Assembly (NCBI GenBank): GCA_946536225.1 | Contig: CAMNEE010000001.1 | Coordinates: 333,484 to 397,483, forward strand | Direction of reading: 5' to 3' | Source: an uncultured Bacillales bacterium | GTDB lineage: Bacteria > Bacillota_I > Bacilli_A > RF39 > UBA660 | DNA: 64,000 nt | Shown here: piece by piece, positions 38,868 to 48,677 of the stretch | Numbering within the stretch: position 1 is the stretch's first letter | Layout of the letters: the number at the start of each line of letters is the position of its first letter | Notes under the pieces: generated by a model | Told to the model about the DNA's origin: nothing | The model's database searches: none | The model's input: the letters and a program-made list of their open reading frames with translations, nothing else | Position numbers and translations under genes: made by a program

Positions 38868-39512
38868 ATGAGAGCAAAGATAATAGACACATATAATTAT
38901 TGTTCATCAACTAATAATAGAACTAATCTTTATAAGAAAGATACTTATACAGATAATGAACTATTAAAAACATTTGCTATAAGAAATAGATTACTAAACT
39001 TTATTCAAGTAGTAGAACATAGCATTGGACCAATACCATTACTTGAATCAACTGAAATATATGATTATATCGATAGAGATGCTTATCTAGGAATATTCTA
39101 TCTAGAAGGTATAGGTTATATTTCTAAAGGAAACTATGACAGAGATATTGTTGATGTATATCTATATGGTAAGTCTGAAGAAGAAGCATTTAAAACAGCA
39201 ATATATGAATATGTAATGAATGAATCTCATTACTACGAATTGTGGAATAGAGAAGAATTAAATAAAGAGTTTAGTAATAGATTCTTAAATGTTGAAGTTA
39301 ATGAAAATGATTATTTTGGACCTTTTATCTTTGCTGAACATTCACTTCAATTATTAAGAAACTTCTATGGTAATAATATACCAGAAGAATTTATAAATGA
39401 ATTTGAAGAATATGTAAAAGACATAACTCAAATGAATGTTAAGTTTAGTTATGAAACAAATAGATTTGAAAGTATAGAAAAAAATAAAGAAAGGAGAAAA
39501 ATAAATGGATAA
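38868..39512 (+). CDS. Hypothetical protein inside the NAD operon
   Basis: RBS AGGAGTGA. 214 aa. No P-loop or other recognisable motif. Confidence 0.45.
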   Translation: MRAKIIDTYNYCSSTNNRTNLYKKDTYTDNELLKTFAIRNRLLNFIQVVEHSIGPIPLLESTEIYDYIDRDAYLGIFYLEGIGYISKGNYDRDIVDVYLYGKSEEEAFKTAIYEYVMNESHYYELWNREELNKEFSNRFLNVEVNENDYFGPFIFAEHSLQLLRNFYGNNIPEEFINEFEEYVKDITQMNVKFSYETNRFESIEKNKERRKING

Positions 39513-40086
39513 TAAAAAGAAAGAATTAATAGATAAAATAATAGAAGAGTATAAACCTGTTAAAAGAGAAGAAGTTGAACCATCTTTCGTTAAAATAAAA
39601 GCTTATAACTATACTCTTAATAATGGGATGGTTCAAAAAAGAGAACAAATAATAAAAGGATCAAAAGATGGTTCTGCAGTAATAATAGTTCCTTATGTGG
39701 GTAATAACTTACTATTAGTAATTGAACCAAGAGTATTTACTAAAAAGGGTGTATGTGTAGGGTTTCCTGCAGGTTACATAGAAAAAGATGAAGATCCTAA
39801 AGATGCAGCTTTAAGAGAACTAAAAGAAGAAACTGGACTTGTTCCTGAAAGTATTGTTGAAGTAGATGCTTTTTATCAAGATGAAGGATGTTCAAGTGCA
39901 TATAATCATATCTTTATTGCTCATAATTGTAAAAAAGAATATGAACAAGATTTAGATCCAGGAGAATATATTAAATACATGGAATTCACATTAGAAGAAG
40001 CAGAAGAATTAGAGAGTGAAGGATATATTAATAGCTCTAACTGTAAGCTAGCACTAGTTAGAGCTAAAGAGCATAAAAGAAAATGA
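39505..40086 (+). CDS. NUDIX hydrolase (ADP-ribose / NAD-related pyrophosphatase candidate)
   Basis: Nudix box 'GYIEKDEDPKDAALRELKEETGL'. RBS AAAGGAG. Confidence 0.7.
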   Translation: MDNKKKELIDKIIEEYKPVKREEVEPSFVKIKAYNYTLNNGMVQKREQIIKGSKDGSAVIIVPYVGNNLLLVIEPRVFTKKGVCVGFPAGYIEKDEDPKDAALRELKEETGLVPESIVEVDAFYQDEGCSSAYNHIFIAHNCKKEYEQDLDPGEYIKYMEFTLEEAEELESEGYINSSNCKLALVRAKEHKRK

Positions 40087-40574
40087 AATATAAAATAGGC
40101 TTTTATGGAGGTAAGTTTATGCCTTTTCATAAAGGGCATAGATACTGTGTTGAAACAGCAGCAAGTGAATGCGAAAAAGTATATGTAATATTATTCTATG
40201 GTGGTAATGATGAAATAGAAATATTAAAGTATAATCATTCAAAATATTTATCTGTTGAGGAAAGAAAAAAGAAAGTAGTTGAACTAGCAAGTAATTATCC
40301 AAATGCTATACCTGTTTTTATAGATGTAACTGATTGTAAATTAAGTGACGGAAGTGAAGACTGGGATGCAGAAACACCATTAGTAAGAAATGTAGTAGGA
40401 CCTAAGTTAGATGCAGTATATTCAAGTGAAGAGAACTATGGAGAGTATTTCTCTAGAGCATATCCTGAAGCAATACATAGACTTGTGGATGTTAAAAGAA
40501 AACATTATCCAATAAGTGGAACAATGATAAGAAATATGAAAAGAAAAGAGGAAAGAGAAGAATGGATGGTCTAA
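40083..40574 (+). CDS. Stand-alone NadR/NadM-type NMN adenylyltransferase domain (no ribosylnicotinamide kinase domain)
   Basis: 'GFYGGKFMPFHKGH' is the (H/T)xGH nucleotidyltransferase motif in a NadR-like arrangement. 163 aa. ATGA overlap with the Nudix gene and overlap with pnuC. Confidence 0.6.
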   Translation: MKYKIGFYGGKFMPFHKGHRYCVETAASECEKVYVILFYGGNDEIEILKYNHSKYLSVEERKKKVVELASNYPNAIPVFIDVTDCKLSDGSEDWDAETPLVRNVVGPKLDAVYSSEENYGEYFSRAYPEAIHRLVDVKRKHYPISGTMIRNMKRKEEREEWMV

Positions 40575-41320
40575 AATTAAGATTTAATAAAAGAATAGAC
40601 AGTATAAAGAATTTAAAAAATAGTTTTAAAGAATTAAAGTGGTATGAAATTATAATGATAGTAATAATGGTATTTATAGCAGGACTTGCTGTATATAAAG
40701 CAATAACTAATCCAGCAAGTACTACTAATCCATTATGGTTAACAATAGTAAATTTTATTAGTGCGGTATGTGGTATTATTTGTATCTTCTTCTGTGCTAA
40801 AGCAAACGTATCTAATTTTATATTTGGACTTATAAATACAGTGGTATATGCTATATATTTATTGTATTATAAGATATATGGGACATTCTGCTTAGAAGTA
40901 TTATTTTACTTACCTATGAATGTTGCATCATGGATTAACTGGGCAAGACATAGAGATAAAGGATTACCAGAAAAAACAATGGCTAAAAAGTTAACTTTAA
41001 AACAAAGATTAATAAGTGTTGGAGTAGTTGCTATAACTACACTTGTAACTTATAAAATACTTTTATATGTAGGTGGAACAGTAGCATTCTTAGATGCTCT
41101 TACAGTAGCCATTGGTATTGTTGCAACTATATTAGAATTATATAGATATGCTGAACAATATATCTGGTGGATTATTACAGATGTAATTGCCGTTATCATG
41201 TATATAGTTCATTTTGATACAGTATATTTAACAAAGAAAACAATTTATTTAATCATGGCTATAATTGGTTTAAGAAATTGGATGAAGTTAAATAAAGAAA
41301 GGAATAAGAAAAATGTATAA
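40562..41320 (+). CDS. pnuC: Nicotinamide riboside transporter PnuC
   Basis: 252 aa with about 7 TM helices. 'WLTIVNFISAVCGIICIFFCAKANVSNFIFG' and a terminal 'LRNWMK' are PnuC-like. Confidence 0.65.
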   Translation: MDGLKLRFNKRIDSIKNLKNSFKELKWYEIIMIVIMVFIAGLAVYKAITNPASTTNPLWLTIVNFISAVCGIICIFFCAKANVSNFIFGLINTVVYAIYLLYYKIYGTFCLEVLFYLPMNVASWINWARHRDKGLPEKTMAKKLTLKQRLISVGVVAITTLVTYKILLYVGGTVAFLDALTVAIGIVATILELYRYAEQYIWWIITDVIAVIMYIVHFDTVYLTKKTIYLIMAIIGLRNWMKLNKERNKKNV

Positions 41321-42083
41321 TTTTGATGTTAAAAAAGTAAAAGAGGATTTAGTTAAATGGATCCAAGATTGGTTTTACAAAAACGGAGATGGATGTAATG
41401 CTGTAATTGGTATTTCAGGTGGAAAAGACTCAACTGTTACAGCAGCTCTTCTAGTAGAAGCATTAGGTAAAGAAAGAGTAGTTGGAGTATTAATGCCAAA
41501 TGGAGTACAAGCTGACATTGGAGACTCTAAAAAAGTAGTAGAATTTTTAGATATTAAAAATATTACTGTTAATATTAAAGATGCAGTAGAAGCAGAAAAG
41601 AAAAATGTAATTGAAGCATTAAAAACAATTGGTAAGGATGCTTTAACTGATCAAACAATTATTAATTTACCTCCAAGAATTAGAATGACTACTTTATATG
41701 CTGTAAGTCAAACAGTAAATGGAAGAGTAATTAATACATGTAATTTATCAGAAGATTGGGTAGGTTATTCAACTAGATATGGTGATTCAGCAGGAGATGT
41801 ATCTCCACTTGCTAAATTAACTGTTGATGAAGTTAAACAACTTGGTATAGAACTAGGTCTTCCTAGAGAATTAGTTTATAAAACTCCAAGTGATGGTTTA
41901 TGTGGTAAAACTGATGAAGATAATTTAGGATTTACATATGCTACTTTAGATAACTATTTAAGAACTGGTGTATGTGAAGATGAAAATATTAAAAATATAA
42001 TTAATAGAAAACATAAGATTAATAAGTTTAAATTAGAACTTATGCCTTCATTTGAATATGGTGAGGTAAAAGCAAAAGAATAG
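41313..42083 (+). CDS. nadE: NH3-dependent NAD+ synthetase
   Basis: PP-loop 'GISGGKDSTV'. 256 aa. Confidence 0.85.
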   Translation: MYNFDVKKVKEDLVKWIQDWFYKNGDGCNAVIGISGGKDSTVTAALLVEALGKERVVGVLMPNGVQADIGDSKKVVEFLDIKNITVNIKDAVEAEKKNVIEALKTIGKDALTDQTIINLPPRIRMTTLYAVSQTVNGRVINTCNLSEDWVGYSTRYGDSAGDVSPLAKLTVDEVKQLGIELGLPRELVYKTPSDGLCGKTDEDNLGFTYATLDNYLRTGVCEDENIKNIINRKHKINKFKLELMPSFEYGEVKAKE

Positions 42084-42092
42084 GTGATTAAT

Positions 42093-42644
42093 ATGAGATT
42101 AGGAGTTTATATTGGTTCTTTTAATCCAGTTCATAAAGGACATATAAAACTAGTAAACTATTTATTAGAAAATAATTATATAGATAAAGCACTAATAGTA
42201 CCTACATCAGGTTACTGGGATAAAACAAGTTTAGTAGATGTTGAAAAAAGAATTGATATGTTAAGTATTTTTGAAAACGAAACAATAGAAATTGATAGAA
42301 AACATAATAGTATTCTATATACTTATGAACTAATGAGAGAGTTATCAAAAGAATATACTGATGAGTTATATTTAATAATTGGTGCAGATAATATAATTAA
42401 CTTTGATAAATGGAAAAACTATGAAGAATTATTAAAATATAAAATAATAGTAATGAATAGAAATAGTATTGATATTGATTCATATATAACTAAATATAAT
42501 ACTCCTAATTTTATAGTTATTAATGACTTTGATTTTATAGATGTATCATCTACAGAAATTCGTAATAATTTAGATAATGAATATTTAGATAAAAGAGTAT
42601 TAGAATATATTAAAAATAATAATTTATATGAAAAGGAAGACTAA
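42093..42644 (+). CDS. nadD: Nicotinate-nucleotide adenylyltransferase
   Basis: 'GVYIGSFNPVHKGH'. ATG 42093 follows TAGGTGA; the track start at 42084 is GTG. Confidence 0.8.
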   Translation: MRLGVYIGSFNPVHKGHIKLVNYLLENNYIDKALIVPTSGYWDKTSLVDVEKRIDMLSIFENETIEIDRKHNSILYTYELMRELSKEYTDELYLIIGADNIINFDKWKNYEELLKYKIIVMNRNSIDIDSYITKYNTPNFIVINDFDFIDVSSTEIRNNLDNEYLDKRVLEYIKNNNLYEKED

Positions 42645-42645
42645 A

Positions 42646-43113
42646 ATGAAAGATGTTGTAAAAAAATTAAAAGAAAAAGGATTATATATAGCTACTATGG
42701 AATCTTGTACAGGTGGAGGTGTTGCAAATGCAATTACTAATATTCCAGGTGCAAGTGAAGTACTTTTATTTAGTGCTGTAACTTATTCTAATGAATATAA
42801 AATTAAAATGGGTGTTAGTAGTGAGACTATTGATAAATATAGTGTTTACTCTATTGAAGTAGCAAGAGAAATGAGTAAGAGCATAAGTGATTTTGCTCAC
42901 TCTGATATTGGAGTTGGAGTAACTGGAAAAATGGGTGTAGTGGATCCAGCTAATCCATATGGTGATGATAATACTATTTATGTAAGTATTTATGAGAAAA
43001 AGAATAAGCAATATCATGAAATAAAAATGCATACTAAATATGAAGATAGAAAAGATAATAAAGAACTTATTATTAAAAGAATCGAGGAAGAATTATTATC
43101 AATATTAAATTAG
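42646..43113 (+). CDS. pncC: NMN amidohydrolase PncC (CinA C-terminal domain)
   Basis: 'LYIATMESCTGGGVANAITNIPGAS' is the CinA_C/PncC signature. ATG 42646 is 7 nt after AAAGGAAG. Confidence 0.75.
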   Translation: MKDVVKKLKEKGLYIATMESCTGGGVANAITNIPGASEVLLFSAVTYSNEYKIKMGVSSETIDKYSVYSIEVAREMSKSISDFAHSDIGVGVTGKMGVVDPANPYGDDNTIYVSIYEKKNKQYHEIKMHTKYEDRKDNKELIIKRIEEELLSILN

Positions 43114-43148
43114 GACTAGTATGTTATAATTAGAATAGAGGTGTAGTT

Positions 43149-43976
43149 ATGAAAGAATATAAAAGTGAAGAAGAATTCTTAAAAGATTATAATCCTGATG
43201 AATTTAAAAAAGTATCTTTAACAACTGATATTTTAGTTTTAAGTGTATCAAGTAATGATTCAAATAATTATCGTAAAACTGATGATAAGAGTATGAGTGT
43301 ATTACTAGTTAAGAGAGATAATTATCCATTTAAAGATATGTGGTGTTTACCTGGAGGATTTGTTGGATATGATGAAGATTTAGATGAAGCACCTAAAAGA
43401 ATTTTAAAAAGAGAAACCAATTTAGATAATATTTATTTAGAACAATTATATACATTTGGTAATCCAAAAAGAGATCCAAGAATGCGTATTATTTCTACAT
43501 CATATATGTCTTTAATAGATAAGAATATGTTAACTGAGGTTTTAAATAAAAATGCTTCTTGGTTTGATATTACTCTTTTTGAAGAAAAGGATAATATAGT
43601 TACTATTGTCTTAGATAATGGATCTGATACTTTAAAATTTAGTATAAAGAAAGTATTAAAAGAAGAGACAACTGATAGATATTCGTTTGAAGTTGTTGAT
43701 AATAAATCAATAGCATTTGACCACCCACTTGTAATTCTTTCTGGTCTAGAACGTTTAAAAAATAAATTAGAATACACTGATATTGTATTTAATATGATGC
43801 CTAAGTATTTTACTTTAGGAGAACTTCAAAAAGTATATGAAGTAATACTAGGTAAAAAATTACTTGATCCAGCTTTTAGAAGAATTATTAAAGATAAGGT
43901 AAGTAAAACTAATAAAATGAAAACGGGTGAAGGACATAGACCATCTGTATTATTTGAATATAAAAACAATAAGTAG
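43149..43976 (+). CDS. nrtR: NrtR: Nudix-related transcriptional regulator of NAD metabolism (degenerate Nudix domain plus C-terminal winged helix)
   Basis: Nudix box 'GGFVGYDEDLDEAPKRILKRETNL' with the catalytic REx2EE degraded. The C-terminus 'FTLGELQKVYEVILGKKLLDPAFRRII...GHRPSVLFEY' matches the NrtR wHTH pattern. It sits inside the NAD cluster. Confidence 0.7.
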   Translation: MKEYKSEEEFLKDYNPDEFKKVSLTTDILVLSVSSNDSNNYRKTDDKSMSVLLVKRDNYPFKDMWCLPGGFVGYDEDLDEAPKRILKRETNLDNIYLEQLYTFGNPKRDPRMRIISTSYMSLIDKNMLTEVLNKNASWFDITLFEEKDNIVTIVLDNGSDTLKFSIKKVLKEETTDRYSFEVVDNKSIAFDHPLVILSGLERLKNKLEYTDIVFNMMPKYFTLGELQKVYEVILGKKLLDPAFRRIIKDKVSKTNKMKTGEGHRPSVLFEYKNNK

Positions 43977-43983
43977 GTAATAT

Positions 43984-45060
43984 ATGGAAAACTTAAAATT
44001 AATAGTTCTTGATAATATTCAAGAATTTGGTGAAAAAGTAGATAAGCATTTAATGAAGATGCATAAAACTGATAAGAGTTTTATTATTCCTATTACTAGA
44101 GATCGTTTTAATAATGGTGAAGGAAAAATTAAAATAAATGGTACTGTAAGAGATAAAGAAATATATATTCTAAGTGATGTAGGTAACTATGATATTACTT
44201 ATGAAATGCATGGATTTACTCATCATATGGCACCAGATGAACACTTTCAAGATATTAAAAGAGTTATATCTGCTATAAGTGGATATGCATCTAAAATAAC
44301 TTTAGTAATGCCTCTTTTATATGAAGCAAGACAACATAAGAGAAAAGGTAAAGAGTCTCTTGACTGTGCAATTGCTCTTCAAGAGTTAGAAAGATTAGGA
44401 GTAAATCATATTATTACATTTGATGCACATGATCCTAATGTATCTAATTCAATTCCTAATTTACCTTTTGAAAATTTCTATGTTGCTCATGATATATTAG
44501 AGTCTATTGTAAATACTGAAGAAATAGATAATTTACTTGTAATTAGTCCTGATATGGGAGCAATGGAGAGAGCAAGATACTATGCTGATATACTGGGAAC
44601 AGACGTTGGAGTATTTTATAAAAGACGTGATTTATCAAAAGTAGTAAATGGTAAAAATCCAATTGTAGAACATGTTTATTTAGGAAGAGATGTAAAGGGT
44701 ATGAACTGTTTAGTAGTAGATGATATGATTGCCAGTGGTTCATCAATGATAGAAACAGCATCTTACTTAAAAGAAAAGGGTGCAAATAAAGTATATTTGG
44801 TTTCTACATTTGCTCTTTTAACTGAAGGACCTGATAAGTTTATTAAAGCATATGATGAAGGAATATTTGATAAACTATATTCAACTAATCTATCTTATGT
44901 ATCAAATGATATTAAAGAAAAGAACTGGTATGTGGATGTAGATTGTTCAAAGAGGCTTGCAAATATTATTAATAAACTTAATAAAAAAGAATCATTAAAA
45001 ACTATTTTTGATGATGCAAAAGAAGTTTTAAAATTGATTAGTAAAAAGGAAGAAAAATAA
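43984..45060 (+). CDS. prs: Ribose-phosphate pyrophosphokinase (PRPP synthetase)
   Basis: PRPP-binding 'LVVDDMIASGSSM'. 358 aa. Last gene before the terminator. Confidence 0.75.
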   Translation: MENLKLIVLDNIQEFGEKVDKHLMKMHKTDKSFIIPITRDRFNNGEGKIKINGTVRDKEIYILSDVGNYDITYEMHGFTHHMAPDEHFQDIKRVISAISGYASKITLVMPLLYEARQHKRKGKESLDCAIALQELERLGVNHIITFDAHDPNVSNSIPNLPFENFYVAHDILESIVNTEEIDNLLVISPDMGAMERARYYADILGTDVGVFYKRRDLSKVVNGKNPIVEHVYLGRDVKGMNCLVVDDMIASGSSMIETASYLKEKGANKVYLVSTFALLTEGPDKFIKAYDEGIFDKLYSTNLSYVSNDIKEKNWYVDVDCSKRLANIINKLNKKESLKTIFDDAKEVLKLISKKEEK

Positions 45061-45062
45061 AA

Positions 45063-45085
45063 ATACACGATTGTGTATTTTTTTC
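45063..45085 (+). terminator. Rho-independent terminator ending the NAD operon
   Basis: atacac-gatt-gtgtat followed by T7. Confidence 0.7.
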
Positions 45086-45141
45086 TTTACAAAATCTAAA
45101 GTTGTACATATAATAAACCTCAATTGAAGGAGGAAGATGTA

Positions 45142-47430
45142 ATGACTGAAAAGTTACCGGTTCTTATTTTAAGTAAACATGTTTTGCTTCCTTATCAAGA
45201 TCTTAAACTTGATTTAACTATGGATACTTCTAAGGAAGTAGTAGATAAAGCATGTGAAGAATACAACAAAAAAATTCTTGTTATTTTTAGTGGAGAATCT
45301 CAAGGTAAAAGAGATGTTTCAAAATTATCAGAAGTTGGTGTTATTGCTAAGATTACAAGAAAAATGCTTTTATCAAATGGTAATTTAAGAGTTATTTTAT
45401 CAGGACTTAATAGAGTTAAAGCAAAAGAATATTTTTATGAAGATGATAATTTATTTGCTAATGTAAAAAGAATTTATATTAGTTATCCTCCAACTGTTGA
45501 AGAAGAAGCTAATACTAAGAAAATAAAAGAATTTGCTCATAAATATATGGAAGAAACTCCAGGAGCAAGTAATTCAATTGAATCTTTAATTGATAATAGT
45601 AATGATCTAGATTATATAACTGACTTAGTTACTAATTTATGTGATTTAGATTTAGAAAAAAAGAAAAAATACATGGAAGAGTTTGATTATAATCAAAGAG
45701 CGGAAGATTTAATTAAAGATGTTTATAATGAACTAAGAGCAACTGAACTATTAAATAAGATTGATGATGATTTAAGAGATTCATTTGAAAAAGAACAAAG
45801 AGATTATATTATTAAACAAAAGATTTCTAAACTTTCTAAAGAAATAGGTGTTTCATTAGATAAGAATGAAGAAGTTTTATTATATGAAGAAAAGATTAAT
45901 AATCTTGAAATAAGTGAAAAGAGTAGAGTTAAACTTTTAAATGAAGTTAAGAAGTATTCGTTTACAAGTGAAACTAATCCAGATTCATCCGTTATTAGAA
46001 ACTACCTTGATACTGTAATAAGTCTACCTTGGAATAGTTTTTCTAAAGATGAAACTGATTTAAAAAGAATTAGAAAAGCATTAGATGCTAGTCACTATGG
46101 ACTAGAAGAAGTAAAGCAAAGAATTATAGAGTTTATTGCAATTAAGAAACAAAGTAGTAAACTTAGTTCTCCAATTATTTGTTTAGTTGGTCCTCCTGGA
46201 ACTGGTAAAACAACACTTGGTGCATCTATTGCAAATGCTTTAAATAGAGAGTTCTTAAAGATAAGCGTAGGTGGACTTAATGACTCAACTGAGTTAACAG
46301 GACACAAACGAACTTATCTTGGATCAAGTCCTGGTGTAATTATGCAAGGTATTAAGAAATGTGGATACTCTAACCCTGTTATCTTAATTGATGAAGTTGA
46401 TAAGATGGTTAAAGACTATCAAGGAGACCCTGCAGCTGTATTACTAGATATATTAGATCCAAAACAAAATACTAGCTTTGTAGACTTTTATATTGAAGAA
46501 CCTTTTGATTTATCGAAAGTAATGTTTATATTAACTGCTAATGATATTAAAGATATTCCTCCTATGTTAAGAGATAGACTTGAAGTTATTGAAGTATCTT
46601 CTTATACAGAAGAAGAAAAAATAGATATAGCTAAGAAATACTTACTTCCTAATATATTTGAAGAATATAATATGAAGAAAATAAAACTTACTGATGATGC
46701 TTTAAGACTTGTAATTGATGGATATACTAAAGAATCAGGAGTACGTAATTTAGATAGAACATTAAAGAAAATAGTTAGAAATATGCTTGTTAATGATAAA
46801 CAAGGTAAAACTTTAACTGTTGATTTAGTAGGAGAAATACTTGGACCAATTAAATATAATTATTCAATGGTTAAAAAGATTCATCCAGGTATTGCATCTA
46901 CTTTAGGAGTTACTCCTTATGGTGGTGTTATTATTAATTTTGAAGCAATTGATTTACCAGGGAACGGAAAACTTATTATGACTGGTAATGTTGTTTCTTC
47001 AGTTGAGGAGTCTGCAAGAGTTGCGCTTAATTATATAATTAGAAATGCTAAAACATTTGGACTTAAACAAGAAACAATTATGTCTAAGAATATTCATATT
47101 AATTCACTAGTATATTCAATAAAGAAATCTGGTACATCTGGAGGAATGGCACTTGCTAGTGCAATACTTTCACTTTTACTTGATAAAGAAATAAGCGCAG
47201 ATGTAGCATTTACTGGTGAAATAGATTTACATGGAGATATATTAAAAGTAGGTGGAATCAAAGAAAAAATAATTGGTGCCTACAATAATAATTATAAAAA
47301 AGTTTTTATTCCTGAAGATAATAGAAGTGACTTGATAAGAGTACCTGAAAATGTTAAAGAACAAGTAGAAATAGTATGTGTTGAAACATTTGAAGATGTT
47401 TATAAAGATTTATTTAAAAAGCATAAGTAA
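45142..47430 (+). CDS. lon: ATP-dependent Lon protease
   Basis: LON N-domain, Walker A 'GPPGTGKTT', and S16 site 'KKSGTSGGMALASAILS'. ATG 45142 follows GAAGGAGGAAG; the track start at 45124 is TTG. Confidence 0.9.
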   Translation: MTEKLPVLILSKHVLLPYQDLKLDLTMDTSKEVVDKACEEYNKKILVIFSGESQGKRDVSKLSEVGVIAKITRKMLLSNGNLRVILSGLNRVKAKEYFYEDDNLFANVKRIYISYPPTVEEEANTKKIKEFAHKYMEETPGASNSIESLIDNSNDLDYITDLVTNLCDLDLEKKKKYMEEFDYNQRAEDLIKDVYNELRATELLNKIDDDLRDSFEKEQRDYIIKQKISKLSKEIGVSLDKNEEVLLYEEKINNLEISEKSRVKLLNEVKKYSFTSETNPDSSVIRNYLDTVISLPWNSFSKDETDLKRIRKALDASHYGLEEVKQRIIEFIAIKKQSSKLSSPIICLVGPPGTGKTTLGASIANALNREFLKISVGGLNDSTELTGHKRTYLGSSPGVIMQGIKKCGYSNPVILIDEVDKMVKDYQGDPAAVLLDILDPKQNTSFVDFYIEEPFDLSKVMFILTANDIKDIPPMLRDRLEVIEVSSYTEEEKIDIAKKYLLPNIFEEYNMKKIKLTDDALRLVIDGYTKESGVRNLDRTLKKIVRNMLVNDKQGKTLTVDLVGEILGPIKYNYSMVKKIHPGIASTLGVTPYGGVIINFEAIDLPGNGKLIMTGNVVSSVEESARVALNYIIRNAKTFGLKQETIMSKNIHINSLVYSIKKSGTSGGMALASAILSLLLDKEISADVAFTGEIDLHGDILKVGGIKEKIIGAYNNNYKKVFIPEDNRSDLIRVPENVKEQVEIVCVETFEDVYKDLFKKHK

Positions 47431-47443
47431 TTATGCTTTTTTT
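47417..47443 (+). terminator. Rho-independent terminator after lon
   Basis: aaaagcataa-gtaa-ttatgctttt followed by T-run. Confidence 0.7.
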
Positions 47444-47456
47444 GTTGTCTATCGTA

Positions 47457-47485
47457 TTGTTATATTAAACTTCTTAATTTATAAT
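47457..47485 (+). promoter_or_regulatory. Putative promoter of the giant-pilin operon (TTGTTA-17-TATAAT)
   Basis: -35 at 47457-47462 and -10 at 47480-47485. Confidence 0.4.
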
Positions 47486-47511
47486 ATTGTATAGAATAGG
47501 TGTGATATAGA

Positions 47512-48675
47512 ATGAAGGATAAAAACGGATTTATTGCTACATCAGTTTTGTATGCTTTTTTACTTTGTTTCCTTACTTTATTCTTAGCTTATATGGCTAA
47601 CTATATTCAAAATAAATTATTGATTGATAGGGTTGCTGATTTAGCAAAAGAAGATTTATCAAAATATAATAATACTTATGTTACAGATCTTGCTTTAGGA
47701 GATTATGTAATTTTCGATACAATTGATCCTGAAGGAGCAGATGCTTTATCAGGAGTTAAAGTGTATGATTCTCCAATTAGTCCAGATGCTAGATGGATTC
47801 TATTTAAAATAGAAGGTGGAGATTTAATAGATAAAAATGAGGGTAAGTATGAAGACTCAGTATACTATTTTGTATCTGATTCAACTGCTCAAAAATATCA
47901 ACCTTTAGTTAATTCACTTGCACTTGATAATAGTGGAGCTTATGCACCTATTACAGATAATACTAATTTAAATACTAATACATACAGTCCAAATTTAAAA
48001 AATATTGAAAGAGTTTTAAACAGTCATATATATTATTCATCAAGAAAGTATTGGTCTTCAGCAGAAGCGGATGAAACTGCAAAAACTGCGTATAAATATG
48101 CATTCCCATATACTGCAAATGGTGGAATAACAGATATTAGATATTTAAATGATGATGACTTAAATGAAATATTAAGTTTAAATGATAATGTTGTTGATGC
48201 AATTATGGATCAAGGAGATAAGTTTGTATTCTGGAACACTGGTACTTATTTTGACAGTACAAGACGTGGATTTACGGTTTATAAAAGAGAATATTTAGAA
48301 TTCCTTGGACCAACTGATACTAATAGTGGTACTAATCCAGCCGAAGTTAACAGAATATGTCATACAAGTGGTGCTTCTTCTAATGGAGGTATTATAGACT
48401 TTAGCAATAATAGTGGTAATGACTTAAGTTATGGGCATTTATATTCAGGTATAATTGGACAAAACTTTGTTGATTATTGCTATTATGTAACAAATGATAC
48501 TTTAGGAGATTGCCAAGATAGTAGTAATTATATTTGTAGAAGCAGTAATGGAGAGTATCCTCCTAGATTTGTTGTGGTATTAACTGTTAATAAAGGTAAT
48601 CTTGTTAGAAATGGTAGAGCGGACTCTGGAAATGGAACAGCTACATTACCATATTTATTTACAACGGGGGCATAG
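47512..48675 (+). CDS. Pilin-like protein lacking Glu+5 (PilX/ComGG/GspK-like minor pseudopilin), 387 aa
   Basis: 'MKDKNG|FIATSVLYAFLLCFLTLFLAYMA' is a class III signal-like N-terminus with Ser at +5. First of three co-oriented, tightly spaced genes. Confidence 0.55.
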   Translation: MKDKNGFIATSVLYAFLLCFLTLFLAYMANYIQNKLLIDRVADLAKEDLSKYNNTYVTDLALGDYVIFDTIDPEGADALSGVKVYDSPISPDARWILFKIEGGDLIDKNEGKYEDSVYYFVSDSTAQKYQPLVNSLALDNSGAYAPITDNTNLNTNTYSPNLKNIERVLNSHIYYSSRKYWSSAEADETAKTAYKYAFPYTANGGITDIRYLNDDDLNEILSLNDNVVDAIMDQGDKFVFWNTGTYFDSTRRGFTVYKREYLEFLGPTDTNSGTNPAEVNRICHTSGASSNGGIIDFSNNSGNDLSYGHLYSGIIGQNFVDYCYYVTNDTLGDCQDSSNYICRSSNGEYPPRFVVVLTVNKGNLVRNGRADSGNGTATLPYLFTTGA

Positions 48676-48677
48676 AT

